From an uncultured delta proteobacterium (GTDB lineage: Bacteria > Desulfobacterota > Desulfobacteria > Desulfobacterales > B30-G6), in assembly GCA_963823335.1 (NCBI GenBank), contig CAWGLD010000007.1:256001-320000 (forward strand): a stretch of 64,000 nucleotides of DNA. The letters run 5' to 3'. A program made the position numbers and the translations under genes. Of this stretch, positions 9,263-16,701 are shown in pieces; within the stretch, counting starts at the first letter, position 1, and each line of letters begins with the position of its first letter. A model generated the notes under the pieces. It worked only from the letters and a program-made list of their open reading frames with translations, was not told the DNA's origin and ran no database searches.

Positions 9263-11215
9263 CTACACCGCTACAACCGCTACCCGGTAACACCTCAGAC
9301 AGCGTTTGGCTTCGGCGATGGCTTCGGGTGTTGAATAACCCTTTTCCACCTCATCAAAGCTTGTCTTACGTGTTTCCGGCGGCAACATCTCAAGGTGCTT
9401 CCTGCTCGCCTTGCCGATGCCACCAAGCACTTCTTCCCGGTCGTACACCTTAACATCCTTGTAAAACCGGTGAAAACAGTCTTCGCGGGTATATTCCAGG
9501 GGCCGACCATTGATAAGGTGGTCGATGCTCTGGGCGGCTTTCCGGCCGCCTGCGCAGGCTGTTATCAACGCACCCGGTCCGGTCTCACAATCCCCGGCAG
9601 AAAAAAACTTGGGCCGGGATGTCTGTTTGGTGACATCATCCACAATAAGGGTCTTCCAGGCTGTTGTCTCTATCCCCTCCATTCCTTCCAGAAGAGACAG
9701 ATCCACGCGCTGACCAATGGCCGGCACTACCGTATCACAATCGAATCTAAATTCGGACCCCTCGATGGGAACCGGTCTCCTGCGGCCACTCTTGTCGGGT
9801 TCGCCCAGTTTCAAGCGGATGCATTCGAGTCCGACCACCCGTCCATCCTCGGCAATAACACGGACCGGCGTGGTCAAAAAGTGGAATTCAACCTTCTCTT
9901 CTTCGGCATCCCTGATTTCCACCTCATCGGCCGGCATCTCGTTGCGGGTTCTGCGGTAGACCAGGTTAACATCCTCCTTCTTGACCCTGAAGGAGCTTCG
10001 CACACAGTCAATGGCAACATTTCCGCCGCCGATCACGACAACTCTGCGCCCTTCAGGATAGGGATCCCGTCCTTGGTTGATGTCCAGGAGATATTTGACA
10101 CCCGGAATGAACCCTTTGTACCCTTTTTCTTCCCCCTCGACTCGCATGGACGTGTTGTCCTGTGCCCCTATTCCGATAAATACCGCATCGAAATCATTTT
10201 CCAGCTGCTCAAGGGTGATGTCCTTTCCCACGGTGGTGTTGTAGTGAATGGTAACCCCCAAATTCTGAATCTGCTGGACCTCCCGGCGAAGAATAGCCCG
10301 GGGAAGCCGGTAGTCGGGTATACCCACTGCCGACATACCACCGGGCTCAGACAGGTGTTCATATATGGTGACGGCATGCCCCTTCAGGGCAAGATGATAG
10401 GCACAGGTAACACCTGCCGGTCCGGCACCGACAATGGCAACCTTGCCTGTCTTGGAAGACGGGACAATCCCATAGGCGGGTCCCTTATGTTTGGCCAGTT
10501 CCTGATCCGCCACAAATCGTTTAAGGTATTTTATGGACACAGCCTCGTCCAGGTTGGCTCTGCGGCAATTTTCCTCGCATGGACGCACACAGACACGCCC
10601 GACGATTCCCGGGATGGGCAGACGTGCACGAATGACATCCAGCGAATCCTGAAACCGGCCTTCCTTGATGCATTCGACATAGCGGGGAATGTCCAGATGA
10701 ATGGGACAGGCTTCCATACACGGTGCCGTGACGCTGGCATGATACTGTCCGGACGTTATGGCTTTCTTTTCGTCAACCAGTTTTGCAAACTGCTCCGGGA
10801 AATGGGTCAATGCATCCAAAATCGGCAGAGGGCCGGTCTTCCCGATACCACACTTGGCTGTGCAATGAACCGTCTCGGCAATGTCTTTCAGATAAACGAT
10901 GTCTGATGGCCTTCCCTGGCCGTTGCAGATCGTCTCCAGTGTTTTTGCCATGACGGTCGTTCCGGACTGGCACGGGATACACTTTCCACAGGACTGATTC
11001 CGGACAGCCTCCATGTAAACCCGGCAGAGGTCCACCACATGCACATCTTCTGAACGAAGAACAAAACCATCCCAACCCATAAAGGCCTTGATTGGTCCTG
11101 TTTCATTCAGTTTTTCAGGCCATCGAATTTCTTGGTGTGCTTTGGAATCCGTTTTTGAGCCGTCACGATTATCGACGACCTGGCCTTCCCAGGAACTGAA
11201 TATGACATCTTTCAT
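9263..11215 (-). CDS. SfrB-like NAD(P)H oxidoreductase subunit (NuoF-type 4Fe-4S domain plus GltD-like FAD/Fe-S domain)
   Basis: VIFSSW..QVVDNR and AFMGWDG N-terminus, SCGKCIPC, PCMEACP, GRVCVRPCEENCRR, GAGPAG, GGGNVAIDC, C-terminal RCLRC. Confidence 0.85.
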   Translation of the reverse strand: MKDVIFSSWEGQVVDNRDGSKTDSKAHQEIRWPEKLNETGPIKAFMGWDGFVLRSEDVHVVDLCRVYMEAVRNQSCGKCIPCQSGTTVMAKTLETICNGQGRPSDIVYLKDIAETVHCTAKCGIGKTGPLPILDALTHFPEQFAKLVDEKKAITSGQYHASVTAPCMEACPIHLDIPRYVECIKEGRFQDSLDVIRARLPIPGIVGRVCVRPCEENCRRANLDEAVSIKYLKRFVADQELAKHKGPAYGIVPSSKTGKVAIVGAGPAGVTCAYHLALKGHAVTIYEHLSEPGGMSAVGIPDYRLPRAILRREVQQIQNLGVTIHYNTTVGKDITLEQLENDFDAVFIGIGAQDNTSMRVEGEEKGYKGFIPGVKYLLDINQGRDPYPEGRRVVVIGGGNVAIDCVRSSFRVKKEDVNLVYRRTRNEMPADEVEIRDAEEEKVEFHFLTTPVRVIAEDGRVVGLECIRLKLGEPDKSGRRRPVPIEGSEFRFDCDTVVPAIGQRVDLSLLEGMEGIETTAWKTLIVDDVTKQTSRPKFFSAGDCETGPGALITACAGGRKAAQSIDHLINGRPLEYTREDCFHRFYKDVKVYDREEVLGGIGKASRKHLEMLPPETRKTSFDEVEKGYSTPEAIAEAKRCLRCYRVAVVAV

Positions 11216-11265
11216 GAATATCCATCCAAGTTTAAAAGGTTAACAATTCTGGTTCGATTCCGTAT

Positions 11266-11323
11266 TAGCTGTAAGCTTTAAGCGGTAAGCAGCTTATTGC
11301 TTAAAGCCTAACGCTTACAGCTA
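11266..11323. repeat. Inverted heptamer microrepeat element
   Basis: tagctgtaagctttaagcggtaagc agcttattgcttaaagcctaacgcttacagcta; perfect 11-bp outer arms. Confidence 0.85.
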
Positions 11324-11404
11324 TCTCTTCACGAATGCCCATAAAATTCGATTTGCACAATAATGTCAAGCATCTTGACATGGAAATTTTCTGAAATCTG
11401 CATA

Positions 11405-11552
11405 TTAGAAGGTCTCTCAAAAACAGGATTTTGGTTCAAGTTCAAGGCGGCTGAGCAATTCAAACCGCAGGAATACTATGGTATTTTGAGGAGTTGAATT
11501 GCTCAGCCAACACAGAAATTGGGCCAAAAGACATTGTTGAGATGACGTCTAA
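11405..11552. mobile_element. MITE-like ~148-bp element with imperfect terminal IRs and a long internal hairpin
   Basis: Ends ttagaaggtctctcaaaa / ttgttgagatgacgtctaa; internal perfect 15-bp IR ggctgagcaattcaa/ttgaattgctcagcc; right end overlaps the stop of the purH C-terminal gene. Confidence 0.6.
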
Positions 11553-12799
11553 TGTTTGAAACTTCGTTGGCCCGTATACACCATGGTCACGCCGGCGGCA
11601 TTGCATGCTTCGATGGACTGATAATCATTGGTTGAACCACCGGGTTGGATCACCGCAGAAACACCCTCCCGAATACCCACGTCAATCCCATCTCGAAAAG
11701 GAAAGAACGCGTCACTCACCATCGCAGATCCCATCAGACCACCCTTTTCTCTTGACACGCGCTGGTCGATTTCAGACAGCGCTGCAGCATCTTTCATGTC
11801 GTTGTAGGACGTCTTGAATGTCTCAAAACAGTATCGATCCGCCAGTTTCCGATAGGCTTTATCCCGTGCGATCTCGGCAACACCCACCCTGTCCTGCTCA
11901 CCTGTTCCGATTCCGACGGTAACCAGATCCTTGACATAGATCACCGAGTTGGAAGTGATACCGGATTCCACCAACCAGCCGAAAAGCAGGTCCTGGTATT
12001 CCTTTTCCGTGGGCATCCGATGGATTTTGTAGGTTTGTCCCTGATAGGTACATTCCGCCGGTATCAGATCCTCTTTTGAACGTGCCGCGGGAACAAAAGA
12101 CCATTGGGCGATAAAACCACCATCGATGAGGCTTTTGAACTCAACGCAGCGCTTGCCCACAAAATTTTGAAGTCTGTTGATATTGTCGATCCGGATGACC
12201 CGCAGATTTTTCTTCAGAGAAAATATCTCCATGACACCTTCTTCGAACTCCGGGGCCACGACGACTTCTGAATACTGGTTGGAAATGGCTTCTGCCGTGG
12301 CTTTGTCCACAGGTCGATTGAGAGCGATACAACCGCCGAATGCCGCTACCCGGTCCGCCATATTGGCCTTGATGTAAGCTTCGGCCAGGGTGTCCGCCTG
12401 GGCAACACCGCACGGATTGTTGTGTTTGACAATCACGACCGTTGGCTTGTCCACAAAATAGCGCAGAATATTCAGTGAATTGTCGGCATCCGTGAGGTTT
12501 GTTTTCCCGGGGTGTTTACCCGATTGGAGCAGTTCGACATCTGAAGCAAGATACTGACCCGGCTGGATGGTTTCCGTTTCACCCAGCATGAGATTACCAT
12601 TCACCAGTTTGAAAAGTGCAGCTTCCTGACCTGGGTTTTCTCCATACCGCAAACCTTTTTGAACCCCATCGATCACCCAGGTGACCTTTTCATAAAACAG
12701 GGTCTGACGTTTATCCTTGTCGACAAAGCTTATTTCCATGTTGGCAGGAAAGCTGTCCTCGACGATGGTACTGTACATTTTTTTCAAATCTTCAGACAT
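11549..12799 (-). CDS. purH: AICAR transformylase domain (C-terminal half of PurH) as a separate gene
   Basis: LRYGENPGQ, KHNNPCGVA, AFGG, SDAFFPFRDG, IQPGGS; start MSEDLKK with AAAGGAG RBS. Confidence 0.88.
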   Translation of the reverse strand: MSEDLKKMYSTIVEDSFPANMEISFVDKDKRQTLFYEKVTWVIDGVQKGLRYGENPGQEAALFKLVNGNLMLGETETIQPGQYLASDVELLQSGKHPGKTNLTDADNSLNILRYFVDKPTVVIVKHNNPCGVAQADTLAEAYIKANMADRVAAFGGCIALNRPVDKATAEAISNQYSEVVVAPEFEEGVMEIFSLKKNLRVIRIDNINRLQNFVGKRCVEFKSLIDGGFIAQWSFVPAARSKEDLIPAECTYQGQTYKIHRMPTEKEYQDLLFGWLVESGITSNSVIYVKDLVTVGIGTGEQDRVGVAEIARDKAYRKLADRYCFETFKTSYNDMKDAAALSEIDQRVSREKGGLMGSAMVSDAFFPFRDGIDVGIREGVSAVIQPGGSTNDYQSIEACNAAGVTMVYTGQRSFKH

Positions 12800-12880
12800 G
12801 GCTGGCTCCTTTTGACGCGATATGGGAATAAAATTACAGAGACATCTCTTAAACTTCCAGTTTTCCCAAAAATGGGAGCA

Positions 12881-12993
12881 AGGGTCCAAGGGTTCGGGGG
12901 TAGCTGACGGCCATAAGCTGATAGCTACCCTCGAACCCTTGTATCACCCTCGGACCCTCGAACCCTTCATTTGGATCAACCCATTCGGCATGA
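12881..12993. repeat. Cargo-less inverted octamer element (GGGTYCRA / TCGRACCC) with conserved tail
   Basis: agggtccaagggttcgggggtagct...agctaccctcgaaccct...cctcggaccctcgaacccttcatttggatcaacccattcggcatga; tail matches 39305-39328. Confidence 0.75.
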
Positions 12994-13018
12994 GTCTTCT
13001 ATTATTCATACGCCGTAC

Positions 13019-13696
13019 CTATATCTCATAGCAACCCTCGACTTCCCCCTGACTCTTGGATGCCAGAAAGTCCGCAATGGTACGATCATAAACCGCCGTA
13101 TGTTCAAAGGCCTTCCGGGCGAGTCGGAAACGAAGGCCCAATGATGTAACGCCGGCGTTTTTCTCCATCTCCGCGATAACCATATCATAATCCCCCGGAT
13201 CAACGACCGATGCTACCCGGATAAAATTTTTTGCCGAAGCCCTGATCATACACGGTCCACCAATATCGATATTTCCTCGAGCCTGTTCCGGGGTCACATC
13301 TTCCCGTGAAATGGTTTCCTTGAACGGGTAGAGATTCACCACCACCATATCGATGGGCACACTGTTTGTCCTGGAGAGATCCCCCTTGTGAGCGTCATTG
13401 TAGGTCTCGGTCAGGAGCCCGAGGTATATTTTGAAATCCAGGGTCTTCACGAGCCCACCCTGGGTCTCGGGTTGGCCGGTGTATTCGGACACCTGTTTCA
13501 AACAGGCGGACGATTTCTCACCAAGGATCTCTGTGAGCCTCTGATAGGTTCCGCCGGTGGAAAAAAACTGAATCTCCGGGTTGATCTGTATCAGCCGGGG
13601 AACGAAAGTGTCCAGCCCCTGCTTGTCGGAAACGCTCAAAAGAACATGATTGATCTTAACGGCATCGTCGATTTTTTCTACGACATTGATTCCCAT
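13019..13696 (-). CDS. purH: IMP cyclohydrolase domain (N-terminal MGS-like half of PurH) as a separate gene
   Basis: LLSVSDK, FSTGGT, YTGQPE..GGLVKTL, NLYPF, IDIGGPCMIRASAKN; GAGGAGG RBS. Confidence 0.9.
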   Translation of the reverse strand: MGINVVEKIDDAVKINHVLLSVSDKQGLDTFVPRLIQINPEIQFFSTGGTYQRLTEILGEKSSACLKQVSEYTGQPETQGGLVKTLDFKIYLGLLTETYNDAHKGDLSRTNSVPIDMVVVNLYPFKETISREDVTPEQARGNIDIGGPCMIRASAKNFIRVASVVDPGDYDMVIAEMEKNAGVTSLGLRFRLARKAFEHTAVYDRTIADFLASKSQGEVEGCYEI

Positions 13697-13712
13697 TGTC
13701 AGCCTACCTCCT

Positions 13713-13870
13713 CATTGACACTTCGTGTGACATTTGCACTTCGTGCGTCATTTATCCTTCGGATGTCATTTGCCCTGCGGGCGATATTTGTCCTTCGGAC
13801 GACATTTGCGCTGTGCGCGTCATTTCGCCTGCGGCTGTCATTTGCCCTACGGGCGTAATTCATTGTCGCT
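13713..13870 (-). repeat. Array of eight 18-nt mini-hairpin units (AAATGAC linker, variable 4-bp stem, GNA loop) plus leader AGCGACAATGAATTAC
   Basis: Minus-strand units: gccc-gta-gggc, agcc-gca-ggcg, gcgc-aca-gcgc, gtcc-gaa-ggac, gccc-gca-gggc, atcc-gaa-ggat, gcac-gaa-gtgc, acac-gaa-gtgt. Confidence 0.92.
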
Positions 13871-13942
13871 GAAAGCTCATAGCTTACCTAAAATTTAAAA
13901 CATAAAACGATCTATATGACGCGTAGCAAATGACAATTGTTT

Positions 13943-14044
13943 CCCCTCCAAACCTTTGACCCTTTGTTTTTCCCCTCGAACCCTCCAACCCTCTGCCCCT
14001 TGGTTTTCCCCTCGGCCCCTCCAAACCTCCAACCCTCCAAACCT
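13943..14044 (-). repeat. G-rich octamer tandem repeats (GGGTTGGA-like)
   Basis: Plus strand ccctccaa/cctccaaa/ccctcgaa units directly after the HD-gene stop. Confidence 0.8.
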
Positions 14045-14048
14045 TCTT

Positions 14049-14699
14049 TTACCTCTCCCCCTCATGCTCGGACAGAAAGCGGTCGAAAAAAGAGACCATA
14101 TAAGCATCCCGATCCACTGCCAGACGTTTACCTTCATTCGTCAGAATTCGATCTTTGATTTTTGAAAGCTTCAGTCGATACTCGCGATACCCGGTATCTT
14201 CCTTGGAGTATGGTTGGGTATCCTCAATATCCTCATGCAAATTGTGAAGACGGGCTCCCACTTCACCGGCAAAAAGAAATGCCCTGCCAATACCCACCGC
14301 TCCGATGGCATCCAGTTTGTCTGCATCAAAAAGAACCCGTGCCTCGATGGTCCTGGGCGAACCATTCCCCCGGAAGCGGTGCGATCGAATACAATGTAAA
14401 ATATTTTCTTTCCTTTGTTCAGATAGGAGAAGCGGTTGAATCAGTGGTTCAGCCAGTTCCGCCCCCTTTTCCGCATGGCAGATTCTGCCGTTTGACGCAT
14501 CCTGATAACACCTGCCGATGTCGTGGAGACAGGCCGCGATAAGCAGCACATCCATGTCCGCCCTTTCTGCCTCGCCGATCCGCCGGCACAGACGAAACAC
14601 TCTGAGGGTATGTTCCCAGTCATGGCTCCCTTTGGCGGCCGCAAACATTCTTTCGGCAAGAATCTTGATTTTTTCCACAGATGATGGACCGTTCACCAT
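14049..14699 (-). CDS. HD-domain metal-dependent phosphohydrolase
   Basis: SHDWEHTLRV, LHDIGR, HA, SHRF, LFDADKLDAIGAVG; start uncertain (track extends to 14813). Confidence 0.88.
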   Translation of the reverse strand: MVNGPSSVEKIKILAERMFAAAKGSHDWEHTLRVFRLCRRIGEAERADMDVLLIAACLHDIGRCYQDASNGRICHAEKGAELAEPLIQPLLLSEQRKENILHCIRSHRFRGNGSPRTIEARVLFDADKLDAIGAVGIGRAFLFAGEVGARLHNLHEDIEDTQPYSKEDTGYREYRLKLSKIKDRILTNEGKRLAVDRDAYMVSFFDRFLSEHEGER

Positions 14700-14997
14700 T
14701 CCAGACACCCTGTTTGGCACAAAAGACTTTTTTGAAATAGGTTCTATCAATCCTGAGGAATTGTTGTCAAGCCACAAGAAGCATCGGCGATACCCGTTCC
14801 AATAGGGAGACAACAGCAGTTCAGGCCTGGCCCATGGACATGGATAGGGATGTCATTCAAATATCATCCACAATCCACCACTAAAAAAAATCTATTGCAA
14901 AATTATATTAACATTCGTAAATTATTATAAATAATTTATTTATATCTTAATTTTTTTACTTGACTTTCTACCAATAATATACTTTTATGCATCAAAA

Positions 14998-15022
14998 GTG
15001 GATAAATGTGGATGTTAATGGT
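14998..15022 (+). promoter_or_regulatory. Putative MraZ binding site (GTGG repeats at 10-bp spacing)
   Basis: GTGGA-taaat-GTGGA-tgtta-ATGGT just upstream of mraZ, in an AT-rich promoter region. Confidence 0.65.
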
Positions 15023-15027
15023 GATTT

Positions 15028-15474
15028 ATGTATCGCGGCAGTTCTTTTCATACCATCGATGTCAAGGGTCGTATCATTATTCCTAAACGCTTTCGGGATG
15101 TCATTTCCGACCGGGATGGTCACCGTCTAATGGTATCCCGCATGGACTTGAGCCTGGTGGTCTATGCCTTGAGGGAATGGGAAAAAATCGAAGCTAAAAT
15201 TCTTTCCTTGGCTGAGAAAAACGATAACATGCGCCGGTTCAGAAGGGTTTTTATCGGCGGTGCGTTTGAGTGTATCTGGGACAAACAGGATCGTATCCTT
15301 GTTCCGCCAACGCTGAGAGAATATGCCGGTCTTGACAAAGAAATCGTTCTGGTGGGTGTCCTGGACCATTTCGAGATATGGTCTCGGGAGAATTGGGACA
15401 AGGAGAATGCAACCATGGAAAAAGACATGAAAAAAGAGGAGGTTCGAAACGAAATTGCCAAATTAGGAATTTGA
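15028..15474 (+). CDS. mraZ: Division/cell wall cluster transcriptional repressor
   Basis: MYRGSSFHTIDVKGRIIIP...DKQDRILVP...G..DHFEIWS; first gene of dcw. Confidence 0.95.
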   Translation: MYRGSSFHTIDVKGRIIIPKRFRDVISDRDGHRLMVSRMDLSLVVYALREWEKIEAKILSLAEKNDNMRRFRRVFIGGAFECIWDKQDRILVPPTLREYAGLDKEIVLVGVLDHFEIWSRENWDKENATMEKDMKKEEVRNEIAKLGI

Positions 15475-15478
15475 TCTC

Positions 15479-16417
15479 ATGCCCTATCGACACACGCCAG
15501 CGATGTTACCAGAAGTTGTTGAATTTCTGAATTGCCAACCAGGCAAAACGTATTTAGACGGCACACTCGGCGGCTCCGGCCACGCCTCGGCAATTCTGGA
15601 TCAAATTCATCCTGGTGGCTGTCTCGTCGGTATTGATCAAGATCTGGATGCAATCGAAAATGCCAAAACCGTGTTGCAGAATTCCAAAGTTGCAACGCAC
15701 CTCTTCCATGGAAACTATTCCCAATTCCCCGAATTTCTAGCGCAACTGAATATCCTGGCGGTGGATGGCATGCTGCTCGACCTGGGTGTCTCCTTTCACC
15801 AGCTGGAATCGAGCGGAAGAGGATTCAGCTTTAAACGTGAAGAACCCCTCGACATGCGTATGGATACCCGGTCAGGCACGCGTGCAGAAGCCTTGGTGAA
15901 CTCGCTGGACGAAAAAAAACTCGCCCATCTTTTCAAAACATATGGAGAAGAGCGCTGGGCCAGACAGATTGCCAGACAGATAGGAATTGCCCGGAAGAAA
16001 TCAACGATCTGTTCCAGTCTTCAACTGGCGAATATCGTTTCCGAGGCTGTTCCAAGAGCCAAATGGAAACCCGGGCGTCATCCTGCCACACAGGTTTTCA
16101 TGGCACTGAGAATCGCTGTAAACCATGAATTGGAGCGACTGACACAGTTCATGGAGATGTTTACAGAGTTTCTCAATCCCGGCGGGCGTGTCTGCATCCT
16201 GACGTTTCATTCCCTTGAGGACAGAATCGTCAAACACGGCTTCAAAACCTTGGAAAAGACCTGTACGTGTCCGCCTGATTTTCCAATATGCGTCTGTCAA
16301 AAAAAACGCCAGCTCCGCATTCTGGTAAAAAAGGGATTGCGACCGACCCCGGAAGAAATCTCGGCCAATCCCATGGCAAGAAGCACCACATTACGGGTTG
16401 CTGAAAAATTGTCATGA
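15479..16417 (+). CDS. rsmH: 16S rRNA m4C1402 methyltransferase
   Basis: DGTLGGSGH, DLGVS, RGFSF, PLDMRMD, ALRIAVN, TFHSLEDRIVK. Confidence 0.97.
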   Translation: MPYRHTPAMLPEVVEFLNCQPGKTYLDGTLGGSGHASAILDQIHPGGCLVGIDQDLDAIENAKTVLQNSKVATHLFHGNYSQFPEFLAQLNILAVDGMLLDLGVSFHQLESSGRGFSFKREEPLDMRMDTRSGTRAEALVNSLDEKKLAHLFKTYGEERWARQIARQIGIARKKSTICSSLQLANIVSEAVPRAKWKPGRHPATQVFMALRIAVNHELERLTQFMEMFTEFLNPGGRVCILTFHSLEDRIVKHGFKTLEKTCTCPPDFPICVCQKKRQLRILVKKGLRPTPEEISANPMARSTTLRVAEKLS

Positions 16418-16701
16418 CGAACACAGGCAAACGCAAAGTCAAAGCAACGGGTATGTGGATGGTCGTGATGTTCATTTTTATCGTAGAACTTCTTTTCTAT
16501 ACCTGGTGTCGGGTTCAAAATGTACAGCATGGATATGAAATTTCCAGAGAAACCCACAACCAAAATCAATTGATAGCGTATCAAAACAACCTGAAAATTG
16601 AGCTTGCGCGTTTGAAATCTCCCGATCGCATCGCTCAAATCGCAAAACAGCAGCTGGGTTTGATCATGCCTACAACCGACAAGACGATCCTGATACCATG
16701 A
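16414..16701 (+). CDS. ftsL: Cell division protein FtsL
   Basis: Single TM plus coiled coil (ELARLKSPDRIAQIA); position between rsmH and ftsI. Confidence 0.85.
   Translation: MTNTGKRKVKATGMWMVVMFIFIVELLFYTWCRVQNVQHGYEISRETHNQNQLIAYQNNLKIELARLKSPDRIAQIAKQQLGLIMPTTDKTILIP

Noticed and set aside
9395-10906. 503-aa plus-strand ORF
   Set aside because: Antisense shadow of the SfrB-like gene; no motifs.
13713-13856. CRISPR array interpretation of the 18-nt repeats
   Set aside because: The period (18 nt) is far too short, the variable parts are self-complementary 11-mers rather than unique spacers, and no cas genes are present.
13388-13858. Plus-strand ORF ending in hexapeptide repeats (FALRAS...)
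   Set aside because: Antisense to the purH N-half; the periodicity is a by-product of the 18-nt DNA array, whose variation preserves base pairing.
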